Positions 1 to 9,866 of a stretch of DNA of 64,000 nucleotides are shown piece by piece. Within the stretch, counting starts at the first letter, position 1; each line of letters begins with the position of its first letter. Origin of the DNA: an uncultured Phycisphaerales bacterium (lineage in GTDB: Bacteria; Planctomycetota; Phycisphaerae; Sedimentisphaerales; Anaerobacaceae); NCBI GenBank assembly GCA_963772725.1, contig CAVYYI010000001.1, positions 960,001 to 1,024,000 on the forward strand, read 5' to 3'. A program made the translations under genes and the position numbers. The notes beneath the pieces are model-generated. The model did no database searches and was not told where the DNA came from. It saw nothing but the letters and a program-made list of their open reading frames with translations.

Positions 1-16
1 AATACAGGAACTTTGC

Positions 17-40
17 GGTGGGGTTATGACCCCACCCTAC
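17..40 (-). repeat. REP-like palindrome (GTAG-GGTGGGGT-CATA-ACCCCACC)
   Basis: GTAG tetramer followed by a perfect 8-bp hairpin, the usual REP layout. Confidence 0.6.
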
Positions 41-217
41 GAAACGCCAGTATGTTTTACCAGCCGGCAGGAAAATCTGCTTAAATGCTTATGCAAAGTA
101 CAGACAAAAGATGATGCACGGGCCGCTGTAAGTGAATTATTAAACGGCCAGCTATAATCGTTATAAAAAAATTGGCCCACCGATGACGGGCGAATCCTAC
201 CATAAATAACTGATTTG

Positions 218-460
218 TCAGACAGGTTTTAATAAATTATTATCTTTTCTTTCTTTGCGATTTATTCCACATGATTCAAACCATCCTTTCGCATCGCTGG
301 CAGTTACCATTTCAAGTGCCTTGGCAATAGCATTTACCAGCCCCTCTTGCGTTCTGGCTTTGAGCGTCCTCAAAATCGACTTGATCTTGCTCCACATCTT
401 TTCTATCGGATTTAAATCAGGTGAGTATGCCGGCAAATAACACAATTCAGCTCCAACAGA
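218..460 (-). pseudogene. IS630-family transposase, C-terminal remnant
   Basis: YLPAYSPDLNPIEKMWSKIK motif; no N-terminal part, abuts the lipA stop. Confidence 0.85.
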
Positions 461-1324
461 TTATATAGTATTCTGCTGTTCGGCGAAATAGGAGCTTCGC
501 GTAAACGGCGACGACATAACCCAGCTAAAACCGAACTCAGCCGCCTTTTGCTTCCACCAGTTGAATTTTTCAGGCGTTATATATTCAACTACATCGAGAG
601 AATTTTTCGAGGGCTTGAGGTATTGACCTATGGTGAGTCTGTCGCAGCCTACACTTCGCAGGTCTTTGAGAACCTGTTCAACCTCAGCATCTTTTTCGCC
701 CAAACCAAGCATTATTGATGATTTCGTGGGAATGTTTTTACCGTAAATCTTCTTTGCCGCTTTAAGCAGATTCAAAGACCGCTGATAATCCCCGCCTGTC
801 CTTGCGACATGATACAGCGATGGGACAGTCTCAATATTATGACCGAACACAAACGGCAAAGCCTCACGCAAAACTTCCAAAGCCCCCTCCTGACAGTTGT
901 GAAAATCAGGCGTGAGAATTTCAAAACTCATTTCAGGACAAATCTCCCTTGTCTTTTTTATACAGTCGCGAAAATGCGCCGCCCCGCCGTCAGGCATGTC
1001 GTCCCTGTCAACACTGGTAATAACAAGATATTTAAGTTTCATCCGCTTGGCCATCTGTGCCACCCTCTCAGGTTCGGCAACATCAGGTGGAAGCGGCCTG
1101 CCTTTCGCGACCGAGCAGAACTTGCAGTTTCGCGTACATATATTCCCAAGAATAAGAACAGTAGCCGTGCCTCTTGTCCAGCATTCGCCGCGATTAGGAC
1201 AGTTTGCATTGCTGCAAATAGTCTGAAGGTTCAGCGAACTCAAAATATCGTCTGTGCTGCTGTACGCCCCGCCCGCAGGCAAAGGCCTATTTAGCCACGG
1301 TGGTAATTTACGAATATTGTTCAT
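461..1324 (-). CDS. lipA: Lipoyl synthase
   Basis: CxxxxCxxxxxC (CSNANCPNRGEC), radical-SAM CxxxCxxC (CTRNCKFC), C-terminal RSSY. Confidence 0.95.
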   Translation of the reverse strand: MNNIRKLPPWLNRPLPAGGAYSSTDDILSSLNLQTICSNANCPNRGECWTRGTATVLILGNICTRNCKFCSVAKGRPLPPDVAEPERVAQMAKRMKLKYLVITSVDRDDMPDGGAAHFRDCIKKTREICPEMSFEILTPDFHNCQEGALEVLREALPFVFGHNIETVPSLYHVARTGGDYQRSLNLLKAAKKIYGKNIPTKSSIMLGLGEKDAEVEQVLKDLRSVGCDRLTIGQYLKPSKNSLDVVEYITPEKFNWWKQKAAEFGFSWVMSSPFTRSSYFAEQQNTI

Positions 1325-1995
1325 ACTCAGCCAAATCCTCACAAGAAAAATGTTTTATAAGCAGCTTAGACAATTTTTCTTTTATATCACCCATCCGTTG
1401 AACAATCCCTGTCTCTTTCAAAGCTGACGTCATTTCCACACCGTCCAGCCCGCACGGTATCATACAATTGAATATCGAAAGGTCATTGCTGATATTTATT
1501 GCCATCCCATGATGCGTTACAAATCTCGACACTCGCACACCGATGGACGCGATTTTCCTTTCGCCGACCCACAGACCGGGAAAACCTTTTTTCCGTTCGC
1601 TTTGAACGCCTGATTGATCGAGCAGTTCAATTCCAATTGCTTCAAGTTCTCTGACATATTCATTTATGCCAAGCCCCATCTCCTGCAAATGCACAATAGG
1701 GTAAAAAACCAATTGACCAGGATTGTGCGCCGTTCGAGCCGCCTCCCCTGCGAATATCAACAACGTCAATCTCCTTCTGCGCAAGTTCCTCCCTGCTCAA
1801 GAGAAGCTTATTCGCACTTTGCCTTGCGCCGAGGGTTATCACCGGCTTATGCTCGACAACTATAACCGTGTTAGGTATTTCGCCGCGGTATCTTTTGTCG
1901 CTCAGCTCATGCTGAAATTCGAGTATCCGCCGATATTCCGCAAGACCACAGTCGCATATTCGTATAGGCAATTTTTTATTTTCGCGGGGGCACAT
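1308..1995 (-). CDS. lipB: Lipoyl(octanoyl) transferase, split by one frameshift near 1740
   Basis: VEHKPVITLG and RRGGG in ORF 1660..1995; HNPGQLVFYP, KIASIG, HGMAIN, PCG in ORF 1308..1784. Confidence 0.9.
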
Positions 1996-3364
1996 GTAAA
2001 CTTATTCCAAAGGCATCTTCCCACGCCTCTTTAAGAACTTCCGAAACAGTCGGATGCGCAAAACACACATCGGTTATTTTCTCCGTGCTGCCGATAAGCG
2101 CCCTTGCAGCGGCGGCCATTTCCGTTACCGTCGCACCAACCATCGTCACGCCCATAATCTTATTGTCAGCCTTATTCCTTATAACCCGTATTTCGCCGAC
2201 CGTTTCATTATGCGTAATGCTTCTGCCGTTCGATTTAAACATCGCCTTACCGACAACGGTTTCAATCCCCGCCTGTTCACATTTCGTCTCGCTTTTACCG
2301 ACAGACGAAACCTCCGGGAAAGTATAAACCGCTCTGGGGACTAACGAATAATCACCCATTTCTTCACTGCCGCCGGTAGCGTTTGTGGCCGCAACTTCCG
2401 CTTCAGAAAATGCCCCGTGCGCAAGATACGTCGTCCCCACAACATCGCCTATCGCATAAACACCCGGAACATTCGTCTGCATTTTATTGTTGACCTTTAT
2501 TACCGAGCGGTTCATTTCCAGCCCAAGAGCATCTATGGTTTCCTTATCACAGCTCGCCCTTCTTCCGACAGCCACAAGAACCTTTTCCGCATCAAGAATC
2601 GTGCCGTTCTCAAGCGACACCTTAGCCGAATCCGCTGATACGTTTACCGCCACAACCTTCTGACTTGTGAGCGAATCGATTCCGATTTTCTTCAATTCTT
2701 TCGCCATCATCTGGCCGACCCACGGGTCTTCATTTGGCAAAAGCTGCGATAACGCTTCAACAATCGTTACCTTTGTCCCCATAGTAGCGTAAACACAGCC
2801 AAGTTCACAGCCGATAACACCACCCCCGATAATCACCATAGAATTCGGAATAGACGGCAAACTAAGCGCTTCATTGCTGTTGATTATGGTTTTGCCGTCA
2901 AACGGGAAAACCGGTATCTGCACTGGCTCTGAACCTGTAGCGATGATTATGTTCTTCGTCTGAACCTCTGTCGCACCCGAAGGTGATTCAACTTTTACCT
3001 TATTGGCAGCGACGGCAATACCCCGCCCCTGAAAAATTTTAATCTTGTTAGCCATAACAAGACCGGTAACACCCTTGCTGAAACCCTCAACAATAGCGTT
3101 CTTCCTGGCCTGAATTTTGGCCCAGTTTGGCGTAACCGCCCCACCGATTTCCAGACCCATAAGATTAGCGTGTTTTGCCTGGGTAAGAAAATGAGCAGAA
3201 CCAAGCAGCGCCTTCGACGGAATACACCCGCGATTAAGACAAGTCCCGCCCATTTCCGCCTTTTCGACAAGAGCGACCGAAGCCCCCTTCTGTGCGCATC
3301 TTATAGCCGCCGCATAACCGCCCGGCCCGCCGCCTATTACCACAACATCAAAATTCTCCGCCAT
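1976..3364 (-). CDS. lpdA: Dihydrolipoyl dehydrogenase
   Basis: GGGPGG FAD motif, GGTCLNRGCIPSK redox disulfide, HPTVSE. Confidence 0.95.
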   Translation of the reverse strand: MAENFDVVVIGGGPGGYAAAIRCAQKGASVALVEKAEMGGTCLNRGCIPSKALLGSAHFLTQAKHANLMGLEIGGAVTPNWAKIQARKNAIVEGFSKGVTGLVMANKIKIFQGRGIAVAANKVKVESPSGATEVQTKNIIIATGSEPVQIPVFPFDGKTIINSNEALSLPSIPNSMVIIGGGVIGCELGCVYATMGTKVTIVEALSQLLPNEDPWVGQMMAKELKKIGIDSLTSQKVVAVNVSADSAKVSLENGTILDAEKVLVAVGRRASCDKETIDALGLEMNRSVIKVNNKMQTNVPGVYAIGDVVGTTYLAHGAFSEAEVAATNATGGSEEMGDYSLVPRAVYTFPEVSSVGKSETKCEQAGIETVVGKAMFKSNGRSITHNETVGEIRVIRNKADNKIMGVTMVGATVTEMAAAARALIGSTEKITDVCFAHPTVSEVLKEAWEDAFGISLHVPPRK

Positions 3365-3396
3365 CTTTTCTATCTCCTTATTAAAAGTTACCTTTT

Positions 3397-3570
3397 ACCA
3401 CTAAGACACAAAGACACTAACTTTTTCTATTAATTTTTTTTAGCCACTGATTTCACAGATAAACACAGATTTATTTTTTCAGATTTCGGCGAGCTCAGTC
3501 GAGCCGTGAAATCAGTGCAATCTGTGGCTAATATTTTTTTATTTTCTTTGTGTCTTAGTGTCTTCGTGGT
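3397..3570. repeat. Nested imperfect inverted repeats built from ~9-bp units
   Basis: Outer arms accactaagacacaaagacactaa / ctttgtgtcttagtgtcttcgtggt; inner arms ttagccactgatttcacagat / gtgaaatcagtgcaatctgtggctaa; central cggcgagctcagtcgagccg. Confidence 0.8.
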
Positions 3571-3718
3571 TGCCTTTCAAAAATAGCATACCAAAAAGCA
3601 ATCAAATTGAAAACCCCGCTCTTAAAGTTTTTTACAAAAACAAACACAATCGAACAGAAAAACGCTTTATATTGATTTTGAGATTTTTGAACCTTCCAGA
3701 TTTGGGCTGAATCCGTCA

Positions 3719-4039
3719 AATATCACATTTGACAACCAATTTTTCATGCTTAATATGTCTCATATCAAGCATCATAAGTCTTATATCATGTTCACAGCGG
3801 GGCAATGCAGATTTACATCGACAGGCTGCTAATTCACACTGGCTCAATGTAAATCTTCATCGGCATAATGTTAATTTACATCCATCAACTGCAAAATTAC
3901 ATTGTCCAAATGTAAATCTGCAATGGCCAAATGTAAATTTACATCGCAGCAATGTAAATTATCATTGCTGCAATGTGAACATTGTTTTTGAACCCTTAAG
4001 CGTGGAAAACCGCATCTACAGAATTAAAAAGGCACTTGC
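3719..4039. repeat. 21-bp periodic array A (~13 degenerate units) plus anchor motif 3998-4039
   Basis: Units such as aaatgtaaatttacatcgcag and caatgtaaatcttcatcggca; palindromic core ATGTAAATTTACAT. Confidence 0.85.
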
Positions 4040-4132
4040 TGATTTCCTAATGTCGAATGGAGACTGAAAAGAATCCTAAAACTTATTGGACTTGAAGAGC
4101 CGAGATATAAATAACGAGCGACGAGACACAAA

Positions 4133-5002
4133 TTATCTCTTTCTTAAAAATACCGCACCGAGGCCGAGCAGTAAAAGTGTTGCTGGTTCGGGGACGGAGG
4201 CGACACGAAACCCTACAGAGTATATCTCGTATTCTGGGTAGTAGTGATCGCCCAAGTATGACGAGCTCAGGTAGAAGTCGGAGTTGTAGCACGAACCGCC
4301 GCGACTACCGCGATCGGAACCAGTAATCAGTGTTTCATTCCACTCCCAGACATTACCCATCATATCAAAAGTACCATTTTGTTCCTGCGTGCCAGTACCC
4401 ACAATCCAAGGAAATGTTGGTGGTCCCACTTGATCACCATAATCAGCATCAACACCAGCAACAGGAGCTATATTTGTGCCATTGGCATAGAGAGAATAGC
4501 CGCTGCCGTTGGGCTTGAAATAAGCAGCCTTGTACCATTCATCTTCGGTCGGGATAACATAAGCCGTACCGTAGGTCGATATAGCTGCGGCACGGTCAAC
4601 TGTAATGCTGCCGTCTGTACCAAGCTGATAAGCCCCGAGACTTTTGTCGCCACTGGTTAGGTAGTTGCAGAACTGGGCTGCTTCATACCAACTCACATTA
4701 TTGGTCGGTTGCTGAACACCTGTGAAATGGGCATCACTGTCATAAGCATCGCTCGGATTGCCTGTAGGGACGCCAGCGGCGGAAACAAATGCATTCCACT
4801 GTGCGTTGGTCACTTCATATTTACCAATACGGTAATTATAACCAACCGCACCACAACCCGGAGTTCCACCTGTATCAGCCGCATTACCAGCATGGCCGAT
4901 ATTCACAAAGCCAATGTTGATTCCCTGTATCAAATCCGCCGAAGCAATACTTGCTACTGCCATCACACAAACAATAATTGCCAAAACTCTTACTCTTCTC
5001 AT
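4133..5002 (-). CDS. PEP-CTERM protein with SUMF1/FGE-sulfatase-like (C-type lectin fold) domain
   Basis: Signal peptide; KYEVTNAQW, PTEDEWYKAA, DMMGNVWEW, RGGS...GFR; C-terminal VPEPATLLLLGLGAVFLRKR. Confidence 0.9.
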   Translation of the reverse strand: MRRVRVLAIIVCVMAVASIASADLIQGINIGFVNIGHAGNAADTGGTPGCGAVGYNYRIGKYEVTNAQWNAFVSAAGVPTGNPSDAYDSDAHFTGVQQPTNNVSWYEAAQFCNYLTSGDKSLGAYQLGTDGSITVDRAAAISTYGTAYVIPTEDEWYKAAYFKPNGSGYSLYANGTNIAPVAGVDADYGDQVGPPTFPWIVGTGTQEQNGTFDMMGNVWEWNETLITGSDRGSRGGSCYNSDFYLSSSYLGDHYYPEYEIYSVGFRVASVPEPATLLLLGLGAVFLRKR

Positions 5003-5220
5003 TTCTCTTTCCTCCTCAAAAAGCTGTTAATATTTACGGCGAAGCGATTGCGCATAAATTACACACTTAAGATATAGACTGTTAAAGGGGTTTTCACTCA
5101 TCTCCGTATCTCTTTCTTCTCCGCACTTTTCAGTTAAAAACCGAAATATAAATATTAATTGTAGCCCTTCCGCCTCGAAATGCAAGAAAAATCAGGGCAA
5201 AATATTGTATTTTTTTATGA

Positions 5221-5277
5221 AGCGGGAGTCCAGAAAACCCATATAAAAGACCGGATTCCCGCTTTCGCGGGAATGAC
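5221..5277. repeat. ATTCCC-N8-GGGAAT palindromic repeat (dRS3/REP-like) with a partial inverted partner
   Basis: ggattcccgctttcgcgggaatgac at 5253-5277; agcgggagtcc at 5221. Confidence 0.7.
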
Positions 5278-5441
5278 AATTTATTCACTGGCGCATTACA
5301 TATACAGGAATCAGTAAACGATAAAATTTGAAATCCCAAAATATTCTTGACCGCCGCGGAAAATACGTTATCATTAAATCTGTGGAGCTAAGCCGAGAAT
5401 GAGTCTCTTGAAGATGCGTAGCATAAAGGGGGTAAAACAAT

Positions 5442-6581
5442 ATGCTTATCACTTACCATGACATTGCGGATATCGCGAAATACAGAAGCGATAAAGGTGC
5501 GATAACTTTCTACATTTATTCCTCAATCAATGAAACAGGCGACGAATTTAAAGGCCGTTTTAACAGCCTTGTCCATTCGATGAAAAAAGCCGCCGAGCGA
5601 TTCGAAAACAATAGTAAAGATTTATCTATGATGACACACGCTATTGATAACAATCGCGACAAAATCATTGACCGATTTGTGGGAAATAAGGCACAGACCT
5701 TTTGTGTTTTCTTAGCCAGGGATTTTTACAAATTCGTTGAACTTCCTATAAGAGTCAAAGAACGCACTGTTGTGGATTACGAATTTTATACCCTGCCTCT
5801 TTTAACGCTTCTCGAACAGTTCGAGCGATATGCGATACTGGTCTTTAACCGCCGCAAGGCCTGCCTGTACCATTACTATTTGACAGAGATGCGGGAGGAA
5901 GAGACAGTTTTTCATGATTATCTGCTTCCAAAGTTCAACGTCTCGACAGACTCGCGCAAAAGCACGAAAGAAAAGAAAGTTAATCACATGGTCGAAGAGT
6001 CTTTCCACAGACATCTGAAAGAGGTCAGCGGGATTTTGTTCGACAACTTTAAGAATCTCGGCTTCGATAAACTCATTCTCGGCTCTCATCAGGATGAGAT
6101 AAATTCAATCAAAGGACACCTGCATTCTTACCTGGTTTCAAGGCTGGTGGGTGAATTCACGGCGGACGTCGAAGACACCATAAAAATCATCAAGGAAAAA
6201 ACCAATCAAGTAATCAGCGAATACCGGCGAAATAAGGAAGAGAAAAAAGTTGCCAACCTTCTAAGCAGCAATGCCCACAAAAAAGCTGTCCTTGGCACAG
6301 AAGCAGTCCTGGACGCTATTATGGCAGGCAACGTCAGGGGACTCGTTTTGGCAAATGACTTTCACGCCGAGGGGTACACCTGCCCCGAAGGACATTTCGC
6401 TACGATGACTCCTACGCAGAATAAAAAATGTATTTTCTGCGATAAACTTCTTCAGAAACATCTATTCCTTGAGGATGAAATCATCGAAGATGTTTTTCAT
6501 CAGAGGGCCGAAGTCTTTCATTTATTCAACCAAAAGGCCAAGCTGAACAATTATAAAATCGGCGTTTTCTTGCGATTTTAA
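5442..6581 (+). CDS. Bacterial aeRF1/pelota-like (baeRF) protein
   Basis: eRF1 domain-3-like AVLGTEAVLDAIMAGNVRGLVL, CxxxH...CxxC ribbon, C-terminal IGVFLRF. Confidence 0.7.
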   Translation: MLITYHDIADIAKYRSDKGAITFYIYSSINETGDEFKGRFNSLVHSMKKAAERFENNSKDLSMMTHAIDNNRDKIIDRFVGNKAQTFCVFLARDFYKFVELPIRVKERTVVDYEFYTLPLLTLLEQFERYAILVFNRRKACLYHYYLTEMREEETVFHDYLLPKFNVSTDSRKSTKEKKVNHMVEESFHRHLKEVSGILFDNFKNLGFDKLILGSHQDEINSIKGHLHSYLVSRLVGEFTADVEDTIKIIKEKTNQVISEYRRNKEEKKVANLLSSNAHKKAVLGTEAVLDAIMAGNVRGLVLANDFHAEGYTCPEGHFATMTPTQNKKCIFCDKLLQKHLFLEDEIIEDVFHQRAEVFHLFNQKAKLNNYKIGVFLRF

Positions 6582-6625
6582 AGAGTTCGGCAAAATCAGG
6601 GATATTCTTAAAACCAGGGCATGAA

Positions 6626-8035
6626 CTATTCTGCGAATATCGCTTCGGCGATGTCATTAATGGCGTCACGAGTCTGCCCTGTTGCGCTGTTTGAGATAAT
6701 TGAAAAAATATAATCACCTCTTGCCGTTACGCATACCCCGGAGAAAGATTTGACCCCCGCGATATAACCCGTCTTGCCGAAAACCTTCCCCTTGTATAGC
6801 TCATCTTTGAAGTACCTGCTGATTGTCCCATCTATCCCGCCTGTCGCGAGAGAATCTTTATAAACAGGCCAGTCTTTGCTCCTGTACATATCCAGCAGAA
6901 CTCTGGTTAAAGCATTTGCGCTGAGTTTATTCTCTCTGCTCAGTCCGCTGCCGTCATCAATGTTAAATTCATTAGCCGGGATACCCAGTTCCAAAAGATA
7001 TTTGGAAAGTATCTCCCTGCCACCCGCCCAGCTGCCATTTTTCTTATCGGGATTAGCATTGGCGGAAATAGTCTTGAGCAGCGATTCAGCCACAAGTCCG
7101 AGACTGTTTTTGTTCGCCCTTGTCAGGCAGTCCGTCAAAGACGTCGTGTACTCTGCCAGCGGATTGAACCTGGCATCAGCAATATTTGTTGGCTTAACTA
7201 AAACCTGACCCTGAACGGTTATTCCCGCCTTAGCGAGATTTTCTTTAACCAGTCTCCCGAAATACTCCGCAGGATTTTCGATAGCGACATCAAAAGGCCC
7301 TTCCGCCTTCTGGCATTTTCCTTTAACCACAAGTTCGTTTGGTTTTCCCGCCTGCCTATACGCCCCCACAGCGCCGCTGCCCTTCGATATCGGCATAACC
7401 TTATTCGTAATCTTAATATAGCTCGAAGACGGCTCAACAATAACTTCTATTCTGCCGCCCTTATTTCTCACCGTCATTACAATACAATTATCGTCATAAT
7501 TCAATCCGCAAACTTCTGCCGCATACCAGTTATTCAATTGCTCTACTGGCCAGTTCGCGTGAACACGCTGGTCGTCAAAAACGGAACTATCCACAATTAT
7601 ATCGCCGATGGTCGCTATATTGTTTTTCTTCATCGCCGCCGCGATATCCTCGAAAATCCAGCCAGCCTTTCGATTGTATTTTTCATCGATTTTTTTATCC
7701 CCCAGCAGCGGGTCCCCGCTTCCTACAACCACCAGCGAATTATCATTCATCCCCACCTTCGTTTTGTATTCATAATTTGCGCCAAGATATTTCACCGCCG
7801 CCGCCGTAACAACTACCTTCATATTCGAAGCCGGAATCAACGCCGTATCCGCATTATAGCTGTAAACCTCTCTGCCCGTGTTGGCGTCAACGATACGAAT
7901 CGAAAACCGCACTTTCTTCAAAGACGGCTGACGAATAATCCCGTTAATACGTCCCACAAGGTCAGCCTGCGCAGTACAAACAAAACTTTGAACCAGTACA
8001 ACCGCAACAATTAATATTTTTATTTTTGTTTTCAT
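6626..8035 (-). CDS. dacB: D-alanyl-D-alanine carboxypeptidase/endopeptidase (PBP4, S13)
   Basis: PASNMK (SxxK), GSGDP, DGSGLSREN, KTG. Confidence 0.92.
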   Translation of the reverse strand: MKTKIKILIVAVVLVQSFVCTAQADLVGRINGIIRQPSLKKVRFSIRIVDANTGREVYSYNADTALIPASNMKVVVTAAAVKYLGANYEYKTKVGMNDNSLVVVGSGDPLLGDKKIDEKYNRKAGWIFEDIAAAMKKNNIATIGDIIVDSSVFDDQRVHANWPVEQLNNWYAAEVCGLNYDDNCIVMTVRNKGGRIEVIVEPSSSYIKITNKVMPISKGSGAVGAYRQAGKPNELVVKGKCQKAEGPFDVAIENPAEYFGRLVKENLAKAGITVQGQVLVKPTNIADARFNPLAEYTTSLTDCLTRANKNSLGLVAESLLKTISANANPDKKNGSWAGGREILSKYLLELGIPANEFNIDDGSGLSRENKLSANALTRVLLDMYRSKDWPVYKDSLATGGIDGTISRYFKDELYKGKVFGKTGYIAGVKSFSGVCVTARGDYIFSIISNSATGQTRDAINDIAEAIFAE

Positions 8036-8190
8036 AGGTGCGAGTTTTTACCACAGATTCCTTTTTAATTCAAGCAAAACGCACAACCGAATCATAATTT
8101 TTTTACTGAGCCGCGATTCTCTGCGCCCGCCCTAAACGAAGTCAAAGAGAACTCCTCGGTAAAAAATGCGGATTTAATGAAATTGTCGTG

Positions 8191-8982
8191 TTAATCTTTA
8201 CAAATGGATGTATGGGCTGCTGGGAAGATTCGCACCCCGCCACGGTCAAGCTGGAGAATCAGGCCTTTTTGCGGGTCGATGCCGATACAATTTCCAGAAA
8301 ATTTTCTCCTGTTAAATATAACTGTCAGGCGATGCCCAAGGAGGATGCCGAGTTTACGCCACTGTTCGACGACTTTTTCGCTGGATTTTCCCGCGGTATC
8401 AAGCCAATGGTCCAAAAAAGTAAGCACCCTTTTAGCCAGAAGATTCCTGTCGCAGAAAGTACGGCTTTCAATATCGAGACTTGTGACGATGGAATGGAGT
8501 TCCGGCGGGAAGGAATCCTTTACCTGATGGCAGTTTATTCCGATACCAATGACAAAGGCAGTATCGCGGTTGAGAGATTTTGATTCGATGAGGATGCCCG
8601 CGATTTTTTTACCGTTGAGGATAATATCGTTAGGCCATTTGATTTTCGAGTTGTATCTGCCGATTTTACCGACGGCCTGCGCAACGGCTACCGCGGCGGT
8701 AAGCGAAAGAAGCTCGTGATTAACGGTGGTTTTGGTCAGAAGGACAGAGCAAAGTAAGCTTTGCGAGGGAGCTGAAAGCCATTTGTTTCCTGCGCGTCCC
8801 CTGCCTGAGGTCTGGTGTTCTGCAAAGACGGCGAGGCCGTCATTTTTTTTATTTTTCGCGTATTCGGCGGCAACGTCATTTGTGCTTGAAGTAGTTTTAT
8901 AGACGAGTATTTTCCCACCGACGCGTTTTGTTTTAAGATTCGCGGCTATTACGTCCGGGTTCAGGTAGTCGGTTTTGGTCAT
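8191..8982 (-). CDS. birA: Biotin--[acetyl-CoA-carboxylase] ligase, no HTH domain
   Basis: STND, QTSGRGR, KWPND, KIAGILIE. Confidence 0.92.
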   Translation of the reverse strand: MTKTDYLNPDVIAANLKTKRVGGKILVYKTTSSTNDVAAEYAKNKKNDGLAVFAEHQTSGRGRAGNKWLSAPSQSLLCSVLLTKTTVNHELLSLTAAVAVAQAVGKIGRYNSKIKWPNDIILNGKKIAGILIESKSLNRDTAFVIGIGINCHQVKDSFPPELHSIVTSLDIESRTFCDRNLLAKRVLTFLDHWLDTAGKSSEKVVEQWRKLGILLGHRLTVIFNRRKFSGNCIGIDPQKGLILQLDRGGVRIFPAAHTSICKD

Positions 8983-8990
8983 AGGAGTTT

Positions 8991-9866
8991 TTATCTATCG
9001 ACGCCGATATCGACTGAGGCGGCGGAATGCGTAATCGCACCGATAGCGATACGGTCAATGCCGCACTGAGCAACGGCGGAAACATTCGAGAGATTGATAT
9101 TTCCGGATGCTTCGAGGAGGATTTTTCTATGGCTGCCTCTGCACATCTTATTTCGCATATTGACGGCGTGCTTAAGCTGCCATTGTCCCATGTTATCAAG
9201 CAACACAATGTCAACGCCGGGAATTCGCAAGACATAATTGAGTTGGTCATCGACGTGGTCAACTTCAACGGCGACGAATTTGGCGCCTTTTACCTTTCTG
9301 GCCTCTTCGATAATCTTTTTTAATTTGGGTGCGAAATTTCTGCCAAGCTGGGCGAGATGGTTGTCTTTAATCAGGATACCGTCATATAAGCCGATACGAT
9401 GATTATGCCCTCCGCCACATCGAACGGCGTATTTTTCGAGGATGCGCCAGCCTGGGGTGGTTTTCCGCGTATCATAGATTTTGGCTTTTGTGCCTTTGAC
9501 GGCACGGACGTATTTGCGCGTCGCGGTGGCTATACCGCTGAGACGCTGCATAAAGTTCAGAAGTACACGCTCGGCACTGAGCATGGTGCATAAAGGCCCC
9601 CGGATAGTAGCAAGGTTGCTCCCGACGTGTGCCTCCTGCCCGTCATTTATATGAACTTTGAGCTTTAATTTCTTATCATAAGCCTTAAGAATCTCGCGAA
9701 CAATATTCATACCGCAGACAACAATTTCCTCTCGTGAAACAATGTTAGCCGTAGTTACGGTGTTATCCTTCGCGAACAGTTCGCTGGTTACATCACCCTG
9801 ACCAAGGTCTTCTTCGATTGCCATTTGTATCAGAGGCATAGCCTCTTTAATGTTAAGCAGTTTCAT
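8991..9866 (-). CDS. nadC: Nicotinate-nucleotide pyrophosphorylase (carboxylating)
   Basis: [29 protein letters not shown]. Confidence 0.95.
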   Translation of the reverse strand: MKLLNIKEAMPLIQMAIEEDLGQGDVTSELFAKDNTVTTANIVSREEIVVCGMNIVREILKAYDKKLKLKVHINDGQEAHVGSNLATIRGPLCTMLSAERVLLNFMQRLSGIATATRKYVRAVKGTKAKIYDTRKTTPGWRILEKYAVRCGGGHNHRIGLYDGILIKDNHLAQLGRNFAPKLKKIIEEARKVKGAKFVAVEVDHVDDQLNYVLRIPGVDIVLLDNMGQWQLKHAVNMRNKMCRGSHRKILLEASGNINLSNVSAVAQCGIDRIAIGAITHSAASVDIGVDR

